DNA from: Paramicrosporidium saccamoebae KSL3
Taxonomy: Eukaryota > Fungi > Cryptomycota
Assembly: GCA_002794465.1 (NCBI GenBank)
Contig: MTSL01000150.1
Location: 43,254 to 74,404, forward strand
Length of the DNA: 31,151 bases
Direction: 5' to 3'
Of this stretch, positions 7,743 through 18,594 are shown piece after piece (within the stretch, counting starts at the first letter, position 1; every line of letters starts with the position of its first letter). The notes under the pieces are model-generated. The model did no database searches, was not told the DNA's origin, and saw only the letters and a list, made by a program, of their open reading frames with translations. The position numbers and the translations under genes were made by a program.

Positions 7743-10469
7743 ATGTTACTGATACGTCTTTTTCCCGTGCCAAAGAGGCTATTGTACGATACCAAACGTT
7801 TAAATGATCCATCGCGTCGACTGGCCTCGTTGTATGGGGAAACAAATGTTAACCTTGCGTGTCTCCAGGGGCGACGAAATTACTCGTCCAGTGGTAATGA
7901 CGGAGAAGATTCGGAGAGGCCTTTGGCAGAAGTCTCAGAGGAGGCCTTTAATGAAGAAGAAGATATTCCTTCGGAAGAGAACGAGGAAAGGAGCCTCGTA
8001 AAAGCTACAGTTCCAGAGTTCTACCCAGAAGTGCTCGCGGTCCCAGTGAGTCGGCGACCCATTTTCCCTGGGTTCTACAAGACCATCTCGGTTAAAGATG
8101 CACGAGTAGCAGCTGCATTAACACAGGCCCTAAAAAAGGGGCGCCCATACGTAGGGCTTTTTCTTCACAAAAATGAAGATGAAGGTGAGTCGATTGAGAA
8201 TGATTCAATTGGAGACAAGGACATTATCCAAAATCTTAACGAAATCCATCGAACTGGTGTCTTTGCTCAAATCGTTAATGTAATCCCAATGCCTACAGAG
8301 GGCATGACAGCCATCGTTTATCCTCATCGTCGCATTAGAGCGACTGAGCTCATTTCGTCTCCCGAGGCGGCCGTTAGCCACGTTAGGACCGAAAACGTCA
8401 AGGACGAATACTACGATCGAAAAGATCGCACTATCCGAGCCATTTCCCAAGAAATCTTTGCAGTCTTGGCAGACGTTGCCAAATTGAATGCATTCTTTAG
8501 AGAACACATTACACATCACAATGTCCCGACGGCAGTATTCGAGGATGCGTCCAAATTGGCTGACTTTGTGGCTGTTCTTAGTACAAGCGAGCCATCGGAG
8601 CTACAAGAAGTACTAGAAGAAACACGTGTAGAAGAACGACTTCGGAAAGCTCTGGTGCTGCTGAAGAAGGAACTCGTTACTGCTCAGTTACAAAATTCCA
8701 TCAGCAAGGATGTGGAACAGAAACTGACCCAGAAACAGCGAGAGTACTTTTTACATGAGCAGTTGAAAACTATCAAAAAGGAGCTTGGGTTGGAGACTGA
8801 TTCGAAAGAAAAGCTACTTCAGATGTTTAACGAGCGGATCAGCAAGATAACTATGCCTGATCATGCCAAAAGGGTCTTTGATGAGGTACGAGTGGTAGTG
8901 ATCAGGTACTAACTCTTCCTATAGGAGATTGGCAAGCTTTCGGTGTTAGAGCCGTCGGGTGCCGAATTCAATGTCACTCGGAACTACCTGGACTGGCTGA
9001 CACAGCTACCGTGGGGGCAGACTAGCCCTGAAAGCCTCGAAATACAAAAGGCTGTACAGGTTCTCGACGAGGATCATTATGGACTTGAGGATGTCAAGGA
9101 GCGGATTTTAGAGTTTATCGCAATTAGTAAGCTAAAAGGCTGTGTTTCTGGGAAGATATTGTGTCTTGTGGGCCCTCCAGGAGTAGGAAAAACATCAATA
9201 GGAAAGTCGATTGCCCGCGCCCTCGGCCGGGAGTACTTTAGGTTCAGTGTTGGTGGACTAAGTGATGTCGCTGAAATCAAGGGACATCGCCGAACCTATG
9301 TTGGTGCTATGCCTGGAAAGATGGTGCAGGCCTTGAAAAAGGTAAAATGTGAGAATCCCTTGATTCTCGTGGACGAGATTGACAAGCTTGGACGAGGCAA
9401 TCAAGGCGACCCTGCATCAGCACTGCTGGAACTCCTTGACCCAGAGCAAAACAACTCGTTTTTGGATCATTACCTGGATGTTCCGCTAGATCTGGGCAAA
9501 GTCTTGTTCATGTGCACGGCCAACCAAATCGATACAATCCCCGCCCCACTACTCGACCGCATGGAGGTTATCAATTTATCCGGATATGTTGCCCAAGAAA
9601 AGCTAGAGATTGCGAAAAAATATTTGGTGCCCCAATCCCGCGAGGCTGCAGGCATAAATGAAGATCAAGTTAAACTGTCTGATGCATCCATAGAAGCTCT
9701 TGTGAGACAGTATTGTCGGGAGAGCGGTGTCCGGAGTCTTAAAAAACACATTGAGAAGATATTCAGAAAGGCTGCTTTGAAGATTGTAAAGGCCGAATCT
9801 AGTGATTCTGCAATCCCCATCCACGTGGAGCCTCCGAATTTGAAAGATTTTGTTGGTAATCCAGTATTTACTAGTGATAGACTGTATGAATCTAAGCACC
9901 TCCCTGTTGGTGTAGTGACAGGACTGGCGTGGACATCTATGGGCGGATCAATTCTATACATTGAAACAATCTTGGAAAGAGTGTTATCGGAAAGCTCGGA
10001 TAAGCACAATCCTGGATTAATCCGCACAGGTCAACTTGGCGATGTTATGAAAGAGAGTTCGAGCATTGCCTATAGCTTTGCTAAATCCTTTGTTGTAGAA
10101 AATTTCCCCGACAATCGGTTTTTCGAAAAGGCGGCCTTGCATCTTCATGTGCCTGAAGGAGCCACCCCCAAGGATGGACCCTCCGCTGGATGTACGATGG
10201 CCACATCTTTATTGTCACAAGCGCTGGGAAAGCCCCTCCAGTCTGATATCGCCATGACTGGCGAGCTTACTTTAACAGGGAAAATCTTGCGAATTGGCGG
10301 TGTCAAGGAAAAGACTATTGCTGCCAAACGATCAGGAGTCAAAAAACTAATATTCCCAAAATCGAACGAAGCGGATTGGAGCGAATTGCCAGACTACATC
10401 CGTGACGGACTTGAAGTCAAATTCGTGGAATCTTACAAAGAGATTGCCAAGTTGCTGAAATTCCTTTAA
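7743..10469 (+). CDS. PIM1: Mitochondrial Lon protease
   Basis: LAN domain ([10 protein letters not shown]), Walker [15 protein letters not shown], and [17 protein letters not shown] with the catalytic Ser. One 39-nt intron at 8886-8924 contains TACTAAC. Start at 7743 (alternative 7701) gives an Arg-rich presequence. Confidence 0.98.
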
Positions 10470-10518
10470 CGGTTGCCAATACACCCATTTTTAATAAATT
10501 CACATTCTGTAGATTAAA

Positions 10519-12327
10519 TTATGGCTTGGTCTTTAAGGCTTTCTCGACTATCTTCATGGCCCGAAGGGCTTCAACTTCTTTGTACTGCGGCGTGATGACT
10601 TGTATTCCAATAGGAAGTCCTGCCATCTTCTGGGGTCGATAAAAATACTCCAATTCAGCTTCTAAAAGACGATGGGACTTGTGATGATCAGTGTCGTCGT
10701 TACTTTTTGCGACTCTTAAAGTATCCTTTTCTGGGTCCACGCTGGTGACCGGAACAACTCCGGCAACAAAATCCAAGATATTCCAAATAAAGGTATACGA
10801 TGCGGCAAATGACACATTTGGGAAAGAGTTGTGTGGAGTAGCCGGTGTTGCGAATGCTGGCATAATAAGGCAATCAATTCCACTATCCTTCCAATAAGCA
10901 TTCATCTTTGCCACAAACTCATCACGCTCGCCAAGCATTTTCAATAACCTCACGCTATCCTTGACACCCAGCGTCTTTATAAATCTCATGGGCCGCTTAT
11001 CCGGGTAGCTGCTAGCCATAAATGCAAAAAGCTTCAATACAATGCTGGGCTTAGACATTAAATACATGAAGGGCCGCAAGATTTCCTCGATCGGTTCATC
11101 TCCAAGAGCCTCCTTGTAGTAAAACCCACCATCGGCTGTGAGAGCTTCATATACTAAAGAAACCAGATCGATGGTGTAAAATGGAAATTTAAACTCCACG
11201 ACTTCATGACCATCGGCCTGTAGGGCACTAATTGTGTCATCCACTGCACGAACGCATGGCGGGAGAGCATCAACAAATGGCAAATGTCGGAGCACCCCAA
11301 CTTTCAGCTTCGCCGAAGCACTGGCGGGGGTGAAAGAAAAAGATGCGGGGATAATGTTGACATCGGCTTTTCCGCAGCAGGCTTCCATGAACGGGATTAG
11401 ATCATCTACGCATCTTCCCATTGGACCATTCACAGGAACAATTATTAAGGAACTTGGGTGAAAACGTCGAGAGCCACTATTAGGAAGACGGCCAACGCTT
11501 GGCTTCAGGGAGCAGATGCCAGAAAAATGAGCAGGTATGCGCAAGCTACCACCCACATCGCTCCCCAACCCCAAAACACTCCCTCCGGCACCGATAAGTG
11601 CACTCTCACCTCCAGAAGAGCCGCCCGGACTATATCCCTTGACGACAGGGTTTTCAGTTAAGCCCCAGAGGGGATTTTTGCACTCAAAAGACATCATCGT
11701 TTGGGGAACATTCGTCTTGCAGAAAGGAATGGCACCCGCATCAATTAGACACTGCACAATGGGGGCATTTGAACTCATTACCTCGTCCTTCCAACGGAAC
11801 ACACCGACACTACTTGGCACTCCTTCCACATCAAAACAATCTTTAATCGAAACTGGAACACCGAAAAGTACGCCGTCCTTCTCTGATCGAGAGTCCAGTT
11901 CAATTGCACGGCCCAATGCCTCTTCAAAAAAAATTTCCGTTAAGCAATTCAACTCGGCATGTACCGCGGCAGCTTGATGGCAATAAGTCAGAACTACCTC
12001 CTCAACCTTCCAGATGCCCATCTTTACACTGCTGGTAATTTCTGGCACGGATGCTTTCAATATGGCAGTGCTAATTCTACTGCTAGGGGCTGCGTGCTCA
12101 GACAAAAACTGATCAATTTTGGCACGCTGCCTATCTTGATTTTCCATAGCAAGCTGTAAGTAACGCTTCAAGTTCCGACGACGAGTAACCGTCACATAAA
12201 GCTTCCAACCGGCAAAAAGGACTACGGCGGACATGACGCAGAGCCATATTTTTGGATATTTCAAAACATAACTTTCATAATTTTGTTGGAGCGATGCTTT
12301 GACCGTTTCCAAGAAGGCACTGTCCAT
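10519..12327 (-). CDS. Amidase-signature enzyme (FAAH/Amd2-like) with an N-terminal TM helix
   Basis: GVPVSIKD, GGSSGGES and GSDVGGSLRIP (Ser-cisSer-Lys triad), plus GLPIGIQV. First ATG is at 12327. Confidence 0.95.
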   Translation of the reverse strand: MDSAFLETVKASLQQNYESYVLKYPKIWLCVMSAVVLFAGWKLYVTVTRRRNLKRYLQLAMENQDRQRAKIDQFLSEHAAPSSRISTAILKASVPEITSSVKMGIWKVEEVVLTYCHQAAAVHAELNCLTEIFFEEALGRAIELDSRSEKDGVLFGVPVSIKDCFDVEGVPSSVGVFRWKDEVMSSNAPIVQCLIDAGAIPFCKTNVPQTMMSFECKNPLWGLTENPVVKGYSPGGSSGGESALIGAGGSVLGLGSDVGGSLRIPAHFSGICSLKPSVGRLPNSGSRRFHPSSLIIVPVNGPMGRCVDDLIPFMEACCGKADVNIIPASFSFTPASASAKLKVGVLRHLPFVDALPPCVRAVDDTISALQADGHEVVEFKFPFYTIDLVSLVYEALTADGGFYYKEALGDEPIEEILRPFMYLMSKPSIVLKLFAFMASSYPDKRPMRFIKTLGVKDSVRLLKMLGERDEFVAKMNAYWKDSGIDCLIMPAFATPATPHNSFPNVSFAASYTFIWNILDFVAGVVPVTSVDPEKDTLRVAKSNDDTDHHKSHRLLEAELEYFYRPQKMAGLPIGIQVITPQYKEVEALRAMKIVEKALKTKP

Positions 12328-12342
12328 AATGTCAAGCACCAC

Positions 12343-12681
12343 TCACGCCTTCTTATCCCCGGTAGCGTGCAAATATAGCCCCGTTGCTATTATGTGCTGG
12401 CATAATATAGATCGATTCAATGACCCTATTGCCCTTTTCTGTGAATAGCAGGTACAGCTTGGAACTGGGAACGTGGATTGGTAAATCTGACCCTGAATAT
12501 TGTAAGACGCATCAAAGCCTCCAAAAACGCTCAAAATGTCCGGTTTTCCGTGCGACAAAATTTCAAGTGCTTGTGCCGTCTTTGCGGGGCACATGTCCAT
12601 TACTATCCTTAAAAATTCTTCGGCAGAGCATTGCTGAAGATCCGTGAGAAGGTCTCCGAGAAGGACGGCCAACTCTACCAT
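12343..12681 (-). CDS. SWS1: SWIM zinc-finger protein, Sws1/ZSWIM7-like (Shu complex)
   Basis: 112 aa with ALEIL...CTC-x15-LCQHIIA (CxC...CxH SWIM signature). Size and layout match ZSWIM7. Confidence 0.75.
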   Translation of the reverse strand: MVELAVLLGDLLTDLQQCSAEEFLRIVMDMCPAKTAQALEILSHGKPDILSVFGGFDASYNIQGQIYQSTFPVPSCTCYSQKRAIGSLNRSILCQHIIATGLYLHATGDKKA

Positions 12682-12734
12682 GGGTTCCTCAATACTTATA
12701 ATTAATTTCTTTGTCTAAAATTCTACAAGGTATA

Positions 12735-13874
12735 TTATTGTGTGCGTCGGTTGAGATTGGAGAAACCTGCACCAATGCAAGAAACGGTAGTGGTTCCTTC
12801 ATTTGGAAAATTTTCAAGGATTTTAAAGGAGACTCCTAAGAATGTCTTCAGATCGTCTAGTAGCATTGTGCATTGTGGCGTAAGAGGGCCCAAAGCAACT
12901 TTCGACAGATCCGCCGGACAGAGTGCCATGAGCATCACCAACATCCACTGATGGCTTTGGTCAACAATACCGCCTTTCTGAATTTGTCGCAATAGCGAAT
13001 GTGCAACTTTTATCGACATTTCTTCTACAGGCTGTCCAGCAGAACCTACACCATCGGCCGAGTATACCGCTCCAGATGTGCTTTCCGCTTGCAAAAATAG
13101 CGAGTATCCTGAAGACAAGCCGGCATCATCTCCTTTGAACACATCAGAGTATATATAGACATCAGGAATAAATGTGTTGAGCTGTGAGCGGGCAGCTTCA
13201 ATCATTCTGTTCGCCACTTGTGGGCTTACTCGTGTTGTTGCGGCAATCCCACGAATCTTTTTTATCGCACCGACCTCAGTCATGCTAACTGGTCTTAATG
13301 AAGATATCACTGGGCACGTAAAAAATATCTTTCCCCCACCTAACGGCAAGGATCCTCGTCTGAGGATTTTAAAATCAAAGCCATCGTCTATCCCAAAATG
13401 CTTCAAAATCCGTGCATTAATATTTTTGACCCCATCAATAGTCTGGTCGACTCCGTCAGCCGTGATACCGTTAAGAGTTACACGAAACGCCAGTTTGGAG
13501 AAGGGTGCCAAGATGAAGAGTGCCTCAAGGAAGTAAACAAGACTGCGTTGCACTCCACAAGTGAATTCCAGTTCTCCACCATATATGCTTCCTGGTCTAA
13601 AAGTAACTTCCGTGCCTAAATTTTCGACATTATCGCAAGTTATAAACGTTACCAGTATAGTTGATCTCAACAACAGTCCCGTTGGTTAGCAGCTCGATCA
13701 GTTTCAAAAACTGTATTTCATAGTCTTACTGGTTAAATTCACCAATAAGATGTTACCTTTTAAGCCAGGATTCTCTTCATTTGATCGTATCTCCTTAATC
13801 ACCGTAGCTTTGCCTGATAACAGAGACAAGATAATCCGTTGACGAAACTGGACAGCTCCCTGAATTTTTATCAT
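12735..13874 (-). CDS. RCL1: RNA 3'-terminal phosphate cyclase-like protein (18S rRNA processing)
   Basis: QGAVQFRQRIILSLLSGK...NPGLKDYEIQFL...NGTVVEINYTGTEVTFRPG, then RRGSLPLGGG and RVSPQVANRMI. Introns at 13756-13725 (AAG acceptor) and 13652-13616. Confidence 0.96.
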
Positions 13875-13902
13875 CGAAAATGCCGGGGCTGTGTCTCGGC
13901 AA

Positions 13903-14571
13903 ATGACAGACAATAAGGACATTGATGGCCTCCTCGACAACGCTTTCGAGGAAATGAAACTTTCTGCTAGCAAAACTATCCCTGTATCCTCCAACACAGC
14001 TGTTGGAGGCGATGTAACCCAAGTTATTCAGGAATTTGTTCACTCGGAACAAGGTGATCAAGAGAGCTCGGCTAGGATTCAAGAGTCACTCAATAAGCTA
14101 CTGAAAATGGTCCCGGTCACAACCAGCCCATCTTACCATGTAGACAGACGACGATAACTTGGCCTTGACTGGAGACACCGAATTGGCCGAGGTTGACGCA
14201 ATGATCGAGCAGATGATGTCTGAGCTCACGAGCAAAGAGTTACTAGCTGAGCCGTTCGCCGAAATGGCCGCAGCCGTATCATTTAATACTTTACTCATCC
14301 TTAGTATCCCAAATGGCTGCTTTCAAATCGTGATTCTATAACCCCCGAGCAACTGTCCGGATATATTCGGCAGTGCGATATTGTTTGTCAAATCGACTCC
14401 CATTTCAAAAACCCAGATTTTAATGAGGAAAAAGAGTCGCACCAGAAAAGGATATTTGACTTGATGCAGGAGATGCAAGAACTTGGGCCGCCACCAGAGG
14501 AAATGCTAAAGAGCCTCGGAATGGCACAGGATTTGACGAGCCAGACACCCCCCGAATGCATCCAAATGTAA
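13903..14571 (+). CDS. PEX19: Peroxisomal membrane protein chaperone/import receptor Pex19
   Basis: N-terminal DIDGLLDNAFEE; C-terminal domain MMSELTSKELLAEPF...YPKWL...LMQEMQELGPPP; CaaX box CIQM before TAA at 14571. Two introns, one ending at 14143 and a 29-nt one near 14276-14304. Confidence 0.93.
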
Positions 14572-14894
14572 TAAAATCAGCACGTGTACAATTATTACAG
14601 CCTTTTCTGTGCTGAATAGAGGAGTGGAGCATGCATGTGCGCGCACGCTGTGTAACCAAAGAGCCCAGCGGGGCATTTCTATTAATAACTTAAAGGCATT
14701 CGCACTGCACAATAATTATACTAATGGCTTATCACGCACATAAATACAAGTTTGCTGTGATAAATCCGATTATCTTTGATTCATGCAAACTTGAACCACG
14801 CACACACACAGCCCAATGCCTCAAAAATATTTACGCCAAAACGTTCACCAGCTTTGATGACGCTATATCGCACGCCGTATATTATATAGCCCGT

Positions 14895-15585
14895 TTATTC
14901 GGCTACTTCGCCCGTCTCAAAGCCTTTCTTATGGAGGGCTTCCTGCTCATCATCTGAAAAATCGAATTTTGAATCGGGATCAGCATCAACACCCTTTTCC
15001 GCAGCCAGAGCATCCCGACTAACCATTGATACAAACTCTGGGGAGCAATAGACATTGTCCTCCACCTTGAAGCTCTCAAATATCTCTGGACGAACAATAA
15101 CGGAATACATGGGCGACGCTACTGGGCCAAATACATCCCAAATCTACCTGTTTACTCAAAGACCAAAGATGTACCATTCCTACAATGCTTCTGTCTGCTG
15201 GACACACAATCAAGGAGCCAATATCCAGTACCGTCATTGTGGAAGCAGGACTGACAACAACGAAGGGTGCCATTAACGCGTAGACCTTACCAAGAGTCTC
15301 AATTCTAGCATTCTCTGGAAGATCTCGCGGCACCAATGCAAGCTCCTGCGACTAGCAATTATTAGAGACAGCCTTTGCATACGGGATCAACATCCTCTTG
15401 CTCAACGTCAAAATCTTCATCGTCATCTTGTCCCTGAAGAGTGTTGAGCTCTTTCTGTTTATTCAAATATTCGCCAGAAAATGGTCCATCGCTAAAAATA
15501 TAATTGCCAGAAAATGATGGTACAATTCAGAATCGGAGGAACTGGACGAAGAATGCTCGCTCGGCACCTCGACAGCGGATGACAT
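14895..15585 (-). CDS. NAF1: H/ACA RNP assembly factor Naf1 (Gar1/Naf1 domain)
   Basis: Introns at 15523-15492, 15382-15352 and 15174-15144 give a 597-nt CDS with VLDIGSLIVC..DRSIVGMIWDVFGPVASPMYSV and KGVDAD...FDFSDDEQE. Confidence 0.9.
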
Positions 15586-15757
15586 TTTACTGGCCCTGGT
15601 ATGACAGCTCTAGAGCACCAAAAATGAAATTCCGAATTCGCACTAATGTGCAAAAGTTTGAATCGGCATCAAGGTAAGCTATGTATAAAAAATTCTGGAC
15701 AGTGACTTTTGACTAATTTTTGCTTGGATTAGCCAGTGTTGAGTATACAAATCTATT

Positions 15758-17305
15758 TTATTTGACATGTTTATTAAGTACTTTTCGAGAAAATCGCAAC
15801 GACACTGCCCACGTGATGGCCACTGAAATAAATGTTGTTAAAAGGAAAACAGGATGAACCAGTATATCAAGGAAGAAGCGTGCAACGCTATATACGGAAT
15901 ATTTCTACAAATATTAAATGGTCAAATGTGCACAATACCTGTTTTTCCAGATTTTCATGAAACTCTCGGAACTTTTGTACTGCCAAGATGCTTTCTGATG
16001 TCCTCCCAAGTGTATTATACAGGGCAATAATTTCAGTTCGCCGAAATTCGACAAGTTGCCACCGGTCCGGATCTTCAGAAAGGAACAGGACTTTTAAAGC
16101 AGTGCCTATACCTACACATAAGTCTTCTGCCACTCGTCTACCTGTTGTTTGGACCTTGCCCCAGAGTCTACAACGTTCACAAGAGACACAATTCATAATT
16201 TTCGTTACATTCCGAAAATGCTCACGAAATTCCTCAACTATCTCTGGCTTGGTGTTTGTGGAAAACAGGGCCTGATCAAAAGTCTTGGGACAAGTACGCA
16301 ATGTTGAAGAGATCCCTCTAAGGAGCTCTTTTATATGTTGATCTTCGTCAGGGTCTTTTGTGCTGAATGACATGGAGTCAATCTTAGGCACTAATCGGCA
16401 AGCCGCGCGATATAATAGAGTGTGTAGAAGATAAAGATTTTGCACACGGTCTATATGCTTGCCCACTCGATCGTGGAAAATGTCAAAATTGCTTTCCTAA
16501 AGAGTCAGACGATCAGAAATGCCTACCCATTCAGATGTTTGTTGATTAAAATACTGGTCAGCAAGATGGACAGAAATAGATGCGTGCAGGCCCGATATTA
16601 CTCGATAGAACACTTGGCGTTCTACACATTGCTGCCAACCTGAATTTATAAGCTTGCCCGATTCTTGTCCATTGCTAAAGCAATTTTCTTCGTATATGGA
16701 ATTCCAAACTCTATTGGCTGAAGGCCCAGAGTATCCAGTGAATTTTTCCGGGTTTTCTATAAGATCCACATACACTCCCGACTCTCCCTCGCCATCAAGT
16801 TGACAAAATTCATCATTGTCGTATTCCCAGGCACGGAAAACGTTGTTAGCAAGTTGGAAACTGGGAAATTGAATATCACTCAGTTTAGCCTCCCAGCCAT
16901 TTGGATCCTATTAGAATAAGGAACTCGCCATTTTGCAAACTGTACCTTTGGTAGCGTCGCAATGGAACATCCTTGCGAAGTACAAATCATATCTTCGCTC
17001 CAAAATGGACATGGCCGACTAAGATTTATCTACAGCATAAGAAACACGTTTACAGGTCCCAGTTACCTTGAAATATCGAAAAAATGATGTCGACAGCAGC
17101 TTGGTTAAGATGGGAGATATAGACTCGTTAATGTTCTCTACTGTTCCGATTTTGCAACACTGAGAGTCGTCCATTGGAGTAGAGGGCTACAGATTAGAAG
17201 CGAGAATAATATTAGTACTGCGCAGTAGTTCAGTTCCCGGACATAGTGAATGGTCTGAAAACATACAACCACGATAAATACGGCTGCAAAGTATATGGAC
17301 ATCAT
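15758..17305 (-). CDS. ERO1: ER oxidoreductin Ero1 with signal peptide and predicted C-terminal TM helix
   Basis: CPFW...C-x4-C, YVDLIENPEKFTGYSG, SGLHASIS and CVSCERCRLWGKVQT. Six short introns, including an in-frame 30-nt one at 16141-16112 (restores QTTGIGTALK) and one at 15938-15905 that extends the C-terminus to TAA at 15758. Start is uncertain (17305, 17341 or 17416). Confidence 0.95.
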
Positions 17306-17487
17306 AGCTGTCCTAGTTCCGAACCAAGAAGCAGGAATCATGCCAGAAGGGGAGGATGCTGTTTCAGCCACCAATGGGATGTAGGCACGAAGGTCTCTAG
17401 TTTCAATTTGTTGCATGTCACAGTTGTAAACCTACCATTGGTCTTTCGAACGGTACTTTGATATAACATATATTGGATTGTGTCTAT

Positions 17488-17807
17488 TTATTTCTGTTGC
17501 TCGTAACATTTCAGCAATAGCTCTTCAATTATGGCGTCCATCGCTTCTTGAGTATTACTATATATGTTAGTATTAACTGGCGTCGCTACTAAAGCTTCAA
17601 GCAGCTATTTAGGTCGGCCAAGCGATCGCGACACCTGAATGGGCCCAGATAATTTTCAATTTTCATACATGCAGCGTATTCTTTTATAAAATACTCACAA
17701 CATCAATAAGATTGTGTACCTGCCAAGAGTTCCCTGCATTGGTCCCTTGCTCGGCCCCTCATTACTTCGCCTGCGCGCTTTTCAAGTCTCTGGCGCAGCT
17801 CGTGCAT
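17488..17807 (-). CDS. CMC1: Twin CX9C mitochondrial COX-assembly protein CMC1-like, 82 aa (absent from the ORF track)
   Basis: Three exons with introns at 17719-17681 and 17589-17558 (the latter has TACTAAC); the CDS is 249 nt. MHELRQRLEKRAGEVMRGRARDQCRELLAEYAACMKIENYLGPFRCRDRLADLNSCLKLYNTQEAMDAIIEELLLKCYEQQK has two C-x9-C motifs. Confidence 0.88.
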
Positions 17808-17822
17808 CGTTGGACGTCAGAT

Positions 17823-18555
17823 ATGAGTGCCCGTTTAAGACTTACGAACACCCAGAAGATGCTGCTAATATCAGGGTCCTCGATAGGAGCCCTCGTCAAC
17901 CCGCTTCGAAGCGGTATAAATATTTTCTACCTTCTAAATTCTGCCAGACTTGGTTGCAGCTCTCGGAGAAGTTACAGGATACTATGCGTGTAAAGCTATG
18001 CGGGAGCGCATGCTTGAGAGCGATACAGGGCGGAAAATTTTGAAAAACCGAACAAGAGTATCGTCCAAATTGCTTGATATGGAGAGGCTGAAGGAATACC
18101 CAAAAAATAGCTTCGGACGACAGCATTATCTGTTCTTTGATTCACACGGAATCTCACCGGACACTCGGTCAAAAGTTCAATATATCGAGGATGAAGAATT
18201 GGCCTTTGTGATGGGTCGGTACCGTGATAATCACGATTTTCTGCACACATTATCAGGGTTGCCGATTTCCGTAGTCTCAGAATTGGGGCTAAAATGGTTT
18301 GAATTCAAACAGACGGGACTGCCAATGACTCTTTTGGGTTCCACATTTGGGCCACTTGCGCTCCCGGCAACTGATTTCCGTGATTTCTATAAAGCCTACA
18401 AGCCATGGGCCGAATTTGCCGCCAATCGCTGTGCCTTCTTTATGAATTTTGAGTTTGAGTCCTTGCTAGAGCAAGACATTGACAAAGTTAGACGGCTGAT
18501 GAACTTTACGCCCTACAAATGCGGTTTGTGGACCGATCTGTCGAGGATGGAATAA
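17823..18555 (+). CDS. COQ4: Ubiquinone biosynthesis protein Coq4
   Basis: QKMLLISGSSIGALVNPLRS, intron 17914-17947, then DLVAALGEVTG...; HDFLH-x11-E metal motif; KWFEFKQTGLPM. Confidence 0.96.
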
Positions 18556-18594
18556 AACAAAACTCTTTTTTGCAGTATATAGTGGTAGTGAGCC

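Noticed and set aside
15624-15712. Micro-ORF with a strong AAG|GTAAGC donor and a 29-nt intron candidate (15674-15702), followed by an Sm-like AATTTTTG
   Set aside because: It gives only a 19-aa peptide with no homology, U4/U5 hallmark sequences are absent, and chance cannot be excluded without RNA data.
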